A stretch of DNA of 15,248 nt from assembly GCA_051294375.1 (NCBI GenBank), contig JBJCIZ010000567.1, positions 1 through 15,248 on the forward strand, in the 5' to 3' direction. This DNA comes from Paraspadella gotoi. Lineage: Eukaryota; Animalia; Chaetognatha. Shown here one piece after another: positions 1 through 10,145 of the stretch. The position numbers and the translations under genes are program-made. The stretch's first letter is position 1, and each line of letters begins with the position of its first letter. Below the pieces are notes generated by a model. It had not been told where the DNA came from. It searched no databases and saw nothing but the letters and a program-made list of their open reading frames with translations.

Positions 1-256
1 TCGATACAATAAACAATGTTAAAATACATGTCGAACGAAAAGTACAATTGAGCTGTTTACAAAACTGTAATGATCATCATTGTACATTGAGTATTCTACA
101 AATAAACACTAAAAAACGTTTCAATCTTCAGAGGCTGTAAAATCTTTTAGTCTGTGCTTTTTGTTAAGCTCTCTGATTCGTTGGTTTTCGCCGGCTCTGC
201 CAATGCGCGTTGAGGCGAGATAATTTGTCCGTGTCGCTGATCCGACAGCGTCTTCA
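1..256 (-). repeat. 3' LTR of copy A (partial; continues left of the window)
   Basis: Starts TGAAGACGCTGTCGG on the minus strand directly after the PPT. Positions 1-40 are identical to 10351-10390, and 242-259 are identical to 10656-10673, so the block is repeated with copy B. Confidence 0.8.
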
Positions 257-990
257 CTGCCCCCCCCAAGACGACGTCTCGGTAGGAGATGGAGGATTGA
301 TCGGAATAGCGTAAAGGGGGGCGACGGACCCTCGTCGGCCTCGCGCTTGTTGAAGACGACGTCGGGATTTCCGGTTCGGCGACAGCGGGCTGCGTGGCTT
401 CCTCGTCAACTGCGGGCTGAGTGGCGTCGCCGTCTGCGGCCGGGAGAGAGCGAGTGGGCGGCCGGCCGCGCCTGGGAGGCGCCGCGGGGACGGTCGGGGC
501 ACCGCTCGCGTCTTCGACGAACGGCTTGAGGCGGTCGACTGAGACTTCATCGAGGCGGCCGGCAAAGTCGAGGCGGAAAAATTTGGAACCGCGGGAGACG
601 ACCTCGAACGGGCCGTCGTAGACCTGGGCCAGAGGGCCACGGTGAGCGTCGCGACGGACCAAAACGAAACGGCAACTTTGAAGGCCGTCCGGAAGTCTTT
701 GTGGGTGATCCGCGTGGCGTGTACCGTCGACTGGTCGAAGGGCGTCCATTTCGCGCCGCAGGGCTTGCAGCAGCGCATCAGGATCGGGCGGCAGTGTGCC
801 GTCCGGGATGAATTCGGCGGGAGCGCCAGATCTTCTCCGTAGACCAACTCTGCCGAGGTGCTTTTAAGGTCCCTTGTGGGACGAGCGGAGGCCCAGAAGG
901 ACCCAAGGGAGTTTGTCAATCCAATCAGCGCCAGACAGCTTGGCGCGCAGCGACGCTTTGAGGTCCCGTTGAAGGGTACGGTGGAAACCA
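147..990 (-). CDS. pol: Pol C-terminus: end of integrase core, GPY/F module and low-complexity basic tail (about two small frameshifts near 820 and 890)
   Basis: Reads RDLKASLRAKLSGADWIDKLPWVLLGLRSSHK / DLKSTSAELVYGEDLALP / EFIPDGTLPPDPDALLQALRREMDALRP...FVLVRRDAHRGPLAQVYDGPFEVV...VSVDRLKPF...RPTRVRRPPLRYSD. ORF 147..749 is uninterrupted. Confidence 0.9.
257..267 (-). promoter_or_regulatory. Polypurine tract (plus-strand primer) GGGGGGGGCAG
   Basis: Minus strand reads ttGGGGGGGGCAG|TGAAGA: a G8 tract abutting the LTR-initial TG at the 3' end of pol, the canonical PPT position. Confidence 0.8.
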
Positions 991-1830
991 ATCGTCCACC
1001 AATTCGCGTATAGGTCTCTGAAGTGGTGATAAAGGATGTCCCGTGATGATGGCGAGGTTGAGGCCGAGAGACACGCGGCTGCGCTAAGTTGGCAGCGCAG
1101 GCAGCATAGCGGGAGAAACGGAACTGAGCTTCAGCGCGATACCGACGTTATGTGAGACAGTGGGGTAAAAACGCTCGTAAGGGAAACGCACAGCGACCCA
1201 CAGGGCCCAATGTGAGAAGAGAGGCCTTTGAGCACTAGGGAAAAGGCGGGGACACGTTCAAGTGCGCCGGGATTCGTCCTGATAGGGTCGAGACAGACAG
1301 GGCACACGCCGCTAGTGGGCCATGCGGAGTGAAAGAGGCGAGAGGGGATCGGCAGCAGCACGGGTGAGGAGGAATAAGAGGCCGCCCGCGAGATAAGGCG
1401 AGAGAGCAGCGGGCCACGAGACAAAGAGGACCAACGTGAACATGGGTTATGAGGAGGAGTCTTCTTTGCCGCGGCGGGGACGGAAAAACGCTGCGCTGCG
1501 AAGGTAAAGGAGCGGGGATTCGTGGGGAGGGGTAAGGGAGGCGCGCGGAGGGCGTGAACAGCGGGAGTCCTTGACCTTTGGCCATTGGGGCACGCGGCAC
1601 GTTGCCCAACGTGACGTCTTTTTGTGACGCCGGAGGTCATTCCAGACAAAGCTTTATAGAGAACGAGATGGATTTCCGAGGCTGGAATTGAAGTTCCCGG
1701 ATGAGATAAGTTGTAATGGATGGCGTCAGAAAACGTCCCGCGCATTGGCGAGGTACACCCGGCACGGGCGAGGGCCCAGTCGCGAACATCGCAGATGACT
1801 GGCGATGGCGCCGTCGAGAGAACTTCTTTC
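991..1830 (-). pseudogene. pol: Copy A integrase zinc finger and catalytic core, heavily frameshifted
   Basis: Fragments VICDV, DAIHYNLSHPG, ..ACPNGQRSR (degraded CxxC), HVHV..GPL (~1443-1405), WVA.RF and SHITS.R (~1200-1135), interleaved with extra bases. Confidence 0.8.
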
Positions 1831-2019
1831 AGGAACATAACGTCTTGTCGCTGGGAGTCAGCGCGAGGAAAGGGCGTGATCATAAAATGGCCGGATCTGT
1901 CTTCTGGTCGTGGTGGACGATGGAGCGGGCGAGATATCGGGTCGGCACAGAGCGACCCACGAGCACCGGATGGTAAGGGAGCGGAGCATGGTCCATCTGG
2001 AAAGTGACGAGAGACGGGA

Positions 2020-2500
2020 AAAGACGGCCGGAGCGAGAACGTTTGGAGTCATATGCCCGAGAGTGGGGCGGAAGGTACCGTTCTGTATACTTCGAGAATG
2101 GCCGGCGAGGAGTGATTCGACGCGTGTGCGGGCTAACTTGATGTCCAGGGTTATTTCCGAGCTTTCGCGGGATGTATGGAGGGAACCAGAAACTCAACAG
2201 TGATCCGTGAATAGCGGTGGAACAGGGGGGAGGCGAGATTGGCACTTAAGCGGACGAGAAAAGAAAGTACGTAAGGGAGAATGGCGGACGGCAGAGTGCG
2301 CAGCCAAGAGCTCACGGTCGGTAAAGAGGATAAGCGTTGGTTGCCTCGCGTTCCATGGCGGGAGCCATAACGGTTGTGGGAGAAAAAGAGCGAGAGGATG
2401 CGCGAATGACCGGGGGAGACACTGGGGAGCTATGTTGGGTTGCGCAAGAACGAGCGGCCGGAAGATGGCAGGATGTCAGGAGTAAGCGATCGACTGTGAG
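2020..2500 (-). pseudogene. pol: Copy A RNase H domain, frameshifted
   Basis: LTVD (~2502-2489), PLA.FS-like (~2400-2380), an exact in-frame DRELLAAHSAVRH (2319-2281) and LFTDH (2214-2200). Boundaries are approximate. Confidence 0.8.
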
Positions 2501-3622
2501 AGCAGGGATCGCGCGGCGCGCAGGAGCACCAGGTGGAGAAGGAGTGTGGGAAATGAGCATATGGAGAGTAGGCCGTGTAAGCGGCAGAAGGTGTTCTTCT
2601 TGGCGCGGCAAGAAAACGCGCCGATAACCGCTCTGGGGGTGTAACGCAAGAACAGTGCACAGACTGAGGCTCGGTGTGGGGACGGGCGCTCGCAGAGAAG
2701 AGCGGCCGCCGGTAAGGAGGAGGGCGCCATCCAAGTTATTGTCGGCGCGCAGAAGGAATAAAAGACGATGAAGGAAATCTTGAGGATTCCGAGGAACTGT
2801 TGAGGGTGTGGAAGTTAGACGGGCGGGGCGGCGGAAAAAGCGGCGGATTAGACGCAGCCCACACATGAGGGGTTACCGAAGGAGCAGCGCTGGGCTCCAC
2901 CATAACCTGGGGCTCTGACGTCAATCCTATGGCCGCAGGGAAGTCCAAGGATGGCCACGCCGAATAACGCGTTGGGCATTTTATCTCCTTCTCTTGACGA
3001 CGAGACCCATGGTTGTTAACCACCAGACGCTCGAAAAGAGCCGCGCGAAGTGCTCAACTTCACGTGTTGGTTGCAGCGTCCCTTCGGACGCCGACGAGGA
3101 ATAAACGGTCATGCCAAAGTAGGAACAACACCGCCGCGGGGCTAAAGAAGTCCCCGGCAGGACCAGTCCACTAAACACCGCTGGAAAGCACCCTGTCCGC
3201 TAGTGTTCTTGTAGTCGCAAAGCGCGATCTCCGAGCAGGCTCATAGTCAATAAGAGACCACAAGGAGTGATTCCGATCGCGGTCATTTGGATACGTCTTC
3301 AGGCGTCCACACTCGAGGTAATCTGATGATAAACCTTTGAATGAAGGTCGATTCTTGCGTGAAAACGGTCATGCCCGCCAGTCGGCGGGAAGAAAATCAT
3401 GGAGACTCTTCACCAGGGTTACACCGGTCGTCTGACGTCACGGCGTTCAGTCAGACCGGGCGGAAAAAAACCGTCCGCATCTCTTGAGCGCGAGGAAACG
3501 GCACGGTCGGCTTTAACTCGCACGACGTGAAGAGGCTCGAAGCCGCATGGGCTTGAACGATGGCGGACGATGCCGAGTAACCTCGCTCCATAATTTCGGC
3601 GAGAACTCTCGGCCTTCTCGCC
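2501..3622 (-). pseudogene. pol: Copy A reverse transcriptase, frameshifted
   Basis: Degraded YLDD (tactttggcatgaccgtt, ~3121-3104), HGLVV..EKC (~3010-2975), LDF.GH (~2949-2928), FLG..NF.HRFIP-like (~2796-2755), plus the KIDL/KGYHQI and KTA.ITP motifs. Confidence 0.8.
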
Positions 3623-3759
3623 TTTCTATCTCGTGTCCTCTCTGCTTATTTTTCTTCTTCTTATTTGCTTCACTCTACTTTTAAGTAACACTTCGTTGTC
3701 TTCCTCTCTCTTCAGCTTTTCATTTCTTTCACTTTCTCTTTCTTCACTTTTCTTCACAG
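3623..3759 (+). repeat. CT-rich polypyrimidine low-complexity tract ending in TTCACAG
   Basis: About 135 nt that are mostly T/C, ending ttttcttcacag, which resembles an intron 3' end. Confidence 0.6.
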
Positions 3760-3813
3760 CTCGAAAATAAGACGACGAGCGACGACGACGATGAGCGGGC
3801 CACGGCGCAGTGA
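3760..3813 (+). CDS. Possible terminal exon of a host gene (LENKTTSDDDDERATAQ*)
   Basis: Preceded by a long pyrimidine tract and CAG acceptor. The phase-0 frame is open to TGA at 3811-3813, and ATTAAA lies at 3924-3929. No homology recognised and no upstream exon in the window. Confidence 0.25.
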   Translation, partial: LENKTTSDDDDERATAQ

Positions 3814-4076
3814 TCATGTATAGCGGTCTAGTAAATTATACAAAGAAACGAATTTATATAGTCTCTTATCCCTGATTCGAGAATAGGATTATATCGATAT
3901 AGACCGCCTTTCTTTTTTTTGCTATTAAATCCTTATGATTTATATTTAATTTATTTTATTTTAGATTGGACACACATTATATCTTGTGGAGGCACGACTA
4001 TGTTAACTTACATTACTTCATCCATCCGCTTTGTTATAAAATACAGCAAATACAACTATCTTAATATTAAAACTAA

Positions 4077-4472
4077 CTACACAATCCTCATATCTCCCAC
4101 CACCGCACTGACGGCGACTAGTAATTCAACATCCACCGCGGCGCCTCTTCGGTTTTCCGACCGAGATGGCGCCGATGAACGATTGCTACCCAAGACCATC
4201 TTGTATCTGGGTCTTTTGGTCGGGCGTCGACACGGCGCCGGGAGCCGCCCGGGAGCGCCGGAAACGCCGCCTCTCTCTCTCTCTCCGGTTCCGGTTGGGC
4301 ATCGTTTCCCGGAGCTGAGACAGAGAACGGCGGCTGGAATTGCGGCGCCTGAGGGACCGGAGTTTACTCGTAGACGGCGTCGTTGTCTCGCTTTTTGAAT
4401 GGCCCGCGGAGGCGAACTGAGTGGCGCAGAAGCGGCGCGTGCATCAGCCACCGCGTTCGACGCGGGCATCAC
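4077..4472 (-). other. GC-rich island with an unassigned 131-aa ORF (overlapping a plus-strand ORF 3919..4398)
   Basis: GC-rich block in AT-rich flanks, with frames open on both strands. No recognisable domain. Confidence 0.2.
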
Positions 4473-4977
4473 GCACTGTCCGCGAAGCTGCTTTCCTGAT
4501 TTGTCTCGTGCTTGATGTTACTGCTGTGGCCTATGGTTTTCATTTGCTTGGCTCACGATCGTTCCTTGTCTTTGGTGTTCTGGCTTTAGATAAAGTAATA
4601 TAGTAATCTTCTCCACAAGTTTTTTTTTAACGTATTGCCAATTCTTTCACTGTCTCATTAATTATTGAATTTCTTTCAGGCTTATGAAATTGGTTACAAC
4701 ACGATCATAAAAATAAAGCAAGCTTGCCCGTGACTTTGGACAGGCCTAATGATGGGATTAAACTCCATACTCTACAGTTAGAGAAATAACAGTATCCTGC
4801 AATGCAAGCTTTAAATCAAGACGTCTCATACTTTTATAGTACATGAAAGCAGTACCACCAATATAATATATCATATAATTACCTTCTTTCATTAATTTTG
4901 TGAACTATTCGGCGGCGAAGTAATTAACACAAATGAATGCGTTGCTCTTGTTGTCAGTCCAAATCGTCTTTCGCTGT

Positions 4978-5116
4978 GTCGTCGTCGTCGTCGTCGTCAT
5001 GCGCCACGTGATCGACGAGACGGCCTGTTGGTTTTCCGGTTAAACTGACGCAACGTGGAAACGAGAGATCGACGACGACGACACGAACAATCGACGACGA
5101 CTACGACGACGACGAC
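4978..5116. repeat. Trinucleotide microsatellites (GTC)7 at 4978-4998, (GAC)4 at 5071-5082 and imperfect (GAC)8 at 5093-5116
   Basis: Read directly from the sequence. Confidence 0.9.
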
Positions 5117-5506
5117 GTCGGAGTGCAACCGTGACAAAGAGAAAATCAGTGGCAGATAAAACTGATTTTTTTGTTTCGTTCGTAATTTTTGAAAGATCTT
5201 TTTTTTTTTGTGTATCGGACAATATCGGCGATAGACGGAAAAGGAGGAGAAGAGAGAGCTATACATATATTTTAATTATAATTAATTTAATTTAATAAAT
5301 ATTTATTAGGCAGAGGGGGGGAGAGAGAAAGTAATTGTTATTTTTAACATAAATTTAACAGAGGGCCAGAATATTAAACTAATACACTTTTTCTCTTCTT
5401 TTTGTTTTTTCAACGATGAAGGCACATTTAATAACATTTATTTTTAACTAGTTACAATAAACTAATACAGAATTATTTTTTATATTGTCGCAGATTAAGG
5501 TTGTCA

Positions 5507-5531
5507 NNNNNNNNNNNNNNNNNNNNNNNNN
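5507..5531. other. Assembly gap, 25 N
   Basis: 25 consecutive N. Confidence 0.99.
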
Positions 5532-8500
5532 CACTCTATTTCTATATTGCGCCTATATAGCTTCTCTGAGATGTGTGGTACGGTTTTTGGTGGCGGCACC
5601 ACGATGGCTTTACCTGTGCGCAAATTATTTGTATGTTAGGAGGCGAAACAAGTGTGTTGATGTGAGAACAGGAAGAGCAGATACAGTTTCCGGATGGTAA
5701 AATTCGTTTTTTCGCGAGTTGGAAAGGTAGCGAGAGAACTGGGATAAAGAATAACAAAAAACCTTTGTTCATTAATTGATAAAATAAATCAAATAATAAT
5801 ACGCAACGATTAATTAATCAATTAAGTGCCAAGTTACATATCTAACTGGACCACCCTAATTAAATAATTCATCAATCAATCCGGGTCCCATCCAAGACGA
5901 CGTCTCGGTAGGAGATGGAGATTGATTTCCGGAAGTTATACCACCTGACGAAGAGCAAAGGAAAGGGGGCGCACCCGGCGAGAACCCTATCGCACGGCAC
6001 GAACTTGGGCTGGGGTAATCGGCGTGTGATATGAAATAATTTGAGGGTCGATCTGGGTGTCACGGAAGCCATGTAGTCGGGACCTATCACACCCTTGGGA
6101 TATATTCGATGGAATCGGTGACTCTGGGAAGATCGAAAGTTTGTGACACGTGCGAAAACGATCATATTCCGCATTTTACTAAAAATCTTTTTAGCTTATT
6201 CTTATACCCCAAAGAGTAATACTTTCAATTAATCAATAATGGATGGATAGATTTGGAGCGGTGACATTGTATGGTTGGTGGGCGAGGTCGAACCAGTGTT
6301 GACCTGCAAGCCGTGATACTTAAAGGTGTGTGCGGTAGAAGCCGGACTAGGTATGAGATGAGTGTGTTCCAATGTACCACAAAAATAGTGACCTTGGGAG
6401 GTACTTCTACTCCCGTCTGGGACTCTGTTGATGGTCGTGATGCACTGTATTGAGATAAAAATTTTGTGAGCGGGGCACACGGATGACAGTCTTGGTGAAG
6501 AAGCTAGATATACGTCATATCGGACATGTGACGAGAGAACTGCATTTGAGGTGCGGCAAGTTGCACGAAATGATTTTAAAATGGGAAAAATATAAGTTAC
6601 ATTTACTTTAGTTTAAGGGACCACGCGAGACTTCAATTCTGGGGAAGTGAACGGGTATCCGGAACTGTATATAATTGTCAATAAAGTTAATCGATGGCTG
6701 ATGATAAAAATTTGGCAACCTTAAAATTAATTTAGGAGCGGAGATCTGACTCCTCGGACGTGGCCGTCGAAGACCTGGGGCCTAGAGGCCACATGCCGTG
6801 AGGGCAGTCGGCGGCGGTATTCTTCAAACACAAAACGGCTAACTTTGAAGCGCCGTACCGGAAGTCTTTGGGGATGATCTGCGTGCGTGTGCCGTCGACC
6901 GGTCGAAGGGCGTCATTTTCGGCGCCGCGAGGGCTTGCAAAGCAGTGCATCAGGAATCGGGGCAGTGTGCCGTCCGGGTGATTTGAATTTCGGCCGGAGT
7001 CGGCTCGAACAGAAATCTTAACCTCCGTATTACTTACATTAAACCCATATTTTATCTTACTAATGCTTTCTTTGGATTTAAACTTTTAGGAAAAATCGAG
7101 GAATAAAGCCTATAGGGAGGAACACAATGAAGTTAGTGCCCTTTGTTTATGGAGACAGCGGTGTTAAAGGCCCCAGAATGAGCAAGCAACCCGTAAAGTG
7201 AGAGCTTGTTTTACAACAGGCACCAATTCCCCGGTGAGGCTTCGGGATCAGGGCAAAGTAACACCATCTTACAACGCCATCGTTTAAACCAGTGGCCTCT
7301 AGGTGGCGCGCAGCGACGCTTTTGAGGTCCCGTGACCTCTCCACCATTCCGTTGGCCTGAGGGTGATGGAAGATGGTCTATGATGCACGTCCTAGGCTCC
7401 GCCGAGTAGACGCTGGGGCCAGTTGGTGCCCTAAACAGCTCAGAAACGAGAGAACACTAAGACCCTCCGCGATCCGACCGTTATGTGAAGTGGGCCCGAA
7501 CGCACGCCGACCCACCCTGATGGGAAAGAGGCTTGCACCTACCTGTTCGGGGCGCCTTAGGGAGGCCCTAGAATGTACCTAGTAGCACAGGCACTCGCCC
7601 GCTACTCGCCACGGCCAGCGGGTGAAACGGTCCACCACGGTGAGGAGATAAGTGGCGCCGCGAGAGACGGGCAGCGGCCCGACGAGATCCACGTGAACAT
7701 GTTGGAATCTTCTTGCCGGCGGGGCGAAACTCTCGAGCGGCGCCGAGGCGTGGACACGGACTCTTGATCTTTGACATTGGGCGCAGGCACGTGCCCAACC
7801 GGTGACGTCCCACAGAGAGAAGAAGAGAGAGAAGTAAATTACTAATGGACTTCGACTGTCAAATATTTCGAACAAGATTTTATATTTCGGGATGGTTCTG
7901 GCAAACGCTTGGATGAATATTATTGATCAAAAGTTGAATGTTATAAAACTCGTAACTAGGAAGTAAATCTAGCGTACGCGTCGATTAATGATATTTTTCA
8001 GCGGTTTACGCTAGAGCTTCGCCGTTCCGTCAGCTGCTTGCGCAGTTTATCCTGCGGCCGATGTTCTGTGTAGAAGAGCAGCTTAGATTAGAGCGGACCA
8101 TGAATCCGTACGGCGAGCGACGCCATCGGAAAGACGGAACCGGTAATGCAGAATATACATGGGGTCGCGCGGCGGAGGATGGAACCGATCGGCGGAAGCG
8201 GAGGGGTAATCAGAAACCATCAGAGGGCGCCGGGCGCAAATAAGCCGGAAATTCCGACCGACACGCCAGGGTAGAGAGAATGGCTGCCTACACTTTCGGG
8301 CGAAGACGAGCCGTCGATGGCAGAGACGTATGCACGCGACCTAGAAGGAACCTGCACTCTCTTCAGTTTATCTGAGAAAGTCAGCAGCGATTTGCTAGTA
8401 CATTTATTAACAGAACACTTACTCATCGGTGGGCTGGGCATATTACTCCTAACTCTTCATTTCCACTACCACCATATCTGATTGCGACGCTCCGCATAAA

Positions 8501-8800
8501 GCTCGTAGATCCTTAATATTAGAGGAGACAGGTCTTTCGCTTTGAGACCGAAATTGACCGCATTGCAGACACTAGGGAGGATAGGAGACTCTGCTAACAA
8601 ACGATAGTGACGTAAACTCGGCCTGTCCTCGGAACACAGTGCGGTGTAACAGCATCTGTGGGCATGATGCGGCGACTATTAAGAGGCGACTTTAGCGCGT
8701 TAGGCGCCGAGCAGAGTATGGAGAGTGAAATGTTGCAGAGCCGTAAGGCGCAGTCTCGATGGACTGGGCAGCCTGTGCGCAGACGTTCTACTTATTGAGA
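5532..8800 (-). mobile_element. Ty3/gypsy copy C: degraded 3' LTR, PPT region and integrase; insertion-riddled; right boundary uncertain
   Basis: 5892-5920 is identical to 266-294 (29 nt). About 6750-6985 matches 601-820, and 7303-7333 matches 941-970. About 5560-5650 loosely resembles LTR bases 165-220. Similarity fades beyond ~8300-8800. Confidence 0.85.
7336..7812 (-). pseudogene. pol: Copy C integrase CxxC and catalytic core (best-preserved core in the window)
   Basis: In frame: DVTGWARACAQCQRSRVRVHASAPLESFAPPARRFQHVHVDLVGPLPVSRGATYLLTVVDRFTRWP (ORF 7579..7875). HPQANGMVER (7365-7336) carries the DDE glutamate. Confidence 0.92.
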
Positions 8801-9739
8801 CTTCTTATCTCGAGTAGAGATATACACCGATTAATGATACCGGGGGAAAAAACACAATAACTGAGGGCGAGGTATCGACCTAAAATAATGATATATTATA
8901 GTGGTAGTGTGTATATGAGAGATCAGCACGTTATGAATTATTAACTCCTAGTTGTTTTTTATACAAGATAATAGGCGACTTTTGTCTTATCGATGACGTA
9001 TCTAAGAGTCAAAGATAAATGCGTTGTAGGATATCGTTATAGTGGATGTCAATATGAAGATAGTTAACGTGCAGCCCTAGAGGAAGTCAGACATAGCTTG
9101 CGAGCCAGGTTACGGTACGACCGTGGTTCGACTTGGCCGAAGAAAGTTTTTCAGCTACAAAGAAAAATCAACAATATGGAAATTAGTACCATCTAGTCGA
9201 ATTGCATTCTATATTCAGTCTATCTCTTCGTTGGCGTTTTAGATTTGAGGTGTTTGGTATCATATATTGAGGGACACTGTCAGTCAGGGTGACTCAGATT
9301 AGGCTTAATTATTTATATAGAGGATTATGTGTATATTGATTGGTATCATACTTATTTCATGTAAGTTTGTGTGTTTTGGCTTATGTTTGTTTATTTATAC
9401 TCACTGATATTATTTAGTATATTTTTATGTAATCTACATATTAGTTTCTGTTCATAATATGTAGCTGTCAGTACGCAGTGAGATTGTGTTAATATATTAA
9501 TTATTATTAATTGCATATGATATATTTTATATATATTATTTATGATTTCATTCATCCTTTGAGAATGAATTCTCGTATATATCGTCTCCATTTGGGTCTT
9601 TGTGTTCCTCTGAAGCTATCAGATGCTCATATTCTCATTGTGTGGACATCTCGATTTTAACCAGTATAACATTCCTCTTTCATTGAAGTATCCTCCTCAC
9701 ATACTTGTCCTCTCCTCTCCTCCAATCGACGACCCTAAC

Positions 9740-9900
9740 TATTTTTCAGTACCATCGCACCGGCCACGATCTCGCCCGTATCGTGCCATGAAAACGGGCT
9801 TCGGGCGCATAGAGGACGCGAGCCCATATACAGCCACCGGCTTTCTCATATTATCACACGGGTCCGTGCCGTTCCGCGGTTCGGGCGCAGGCCTGACAGA
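9740..9900 (-). pseudogene. Possible gag N-terminal remnant
   Basis: Minus-strand pieces W..., EARFH (9802-9788), EIVA (9773-9762) and DGT (9756-9748) recall the WF..AEA.F..R.I..D.TKY motif of DUF7041-type gypsy gags. Reading it requires removing several inserted bases. Confidence 0.35.
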
Positions 9901-10145
9901 ATGATATAGGTGCTTAGGGAGATATGATGTTAGACTTTGTTTTTACATCTTCTATTTTAGCAGTTGGTCTACAATCCATGTTAACGTATATATATCATAT
10001 CATATAAATCATCGATTATTAACTTAACTTCTGGTCGTCGATGCATCGAATCATATTACTTTTGTAAATCTTTCAATCTATTAATCCCCACGAATCCGAC
10101 CTCTTACTTTCTCGCATACATCTGATCATATTTGGATCGGGAGAC

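Larger units (their letters stand above)
1..3622 (-). mobile_element. Ty3/gypsy LTR retrotransposon copy A: 5'-truncated, from the RT N-terminus through integrase, PPT and 3' LTR (LTR runs off the window)
   Basis: Minus-strand motifs in gypsy order: AKAEFAEMERLGIV..SSPWAS-like (~3622-3541), LAGMTVF.KIDL..KGYHQI (~3380-3320), EDV.KTA.ITP.GL (~3300-3254), DRELLAAHSAVRH (2319-2281), LFTDH (2214-2200), integrase H..SHPG zinc finger (~1720-1580), GPF module (614-606), PPT, then TG-starting LTR at 256. Many motifs need frameshifts to read. Confidence 0.93.

Noticed and set aside
147-520. Chromodomain or env gene after integrase
   Set aside because: The tail is low-complexity with no aromatic-cage pattern, and pol runs straight into the PPT, leaving no room for env.
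347-3178. Numerous plus-strand and alternative-frame ORFs over copy A (and likewise over B and C)
   Set aside because: They are shadow ORFs of GC-rich pol sequence or frameshift mosaics, with no independent domain signatures.
3823-3907. 8-bp inverted repeat GCGGTCTA...TAGACCGC (possible MITE) and a DRE-like TATCGATA at 3892-3899
   Set aside because: The repeat is too short, there is no target-site duplication, and a single 8-mer without a linked gene start is expected by chance.
9090-9150. Possible gag FL.QLP..VR..LA motif on the minus strand
   Set aside because: It needs too many edits to read and cannot be distinguished from chance.
9391-9591. 66-aa Ile/Asn/Tyr-rich ORF
   Set aside because: It is a by-product of very AT-rich, low-complexity and probably low-quality sequence.
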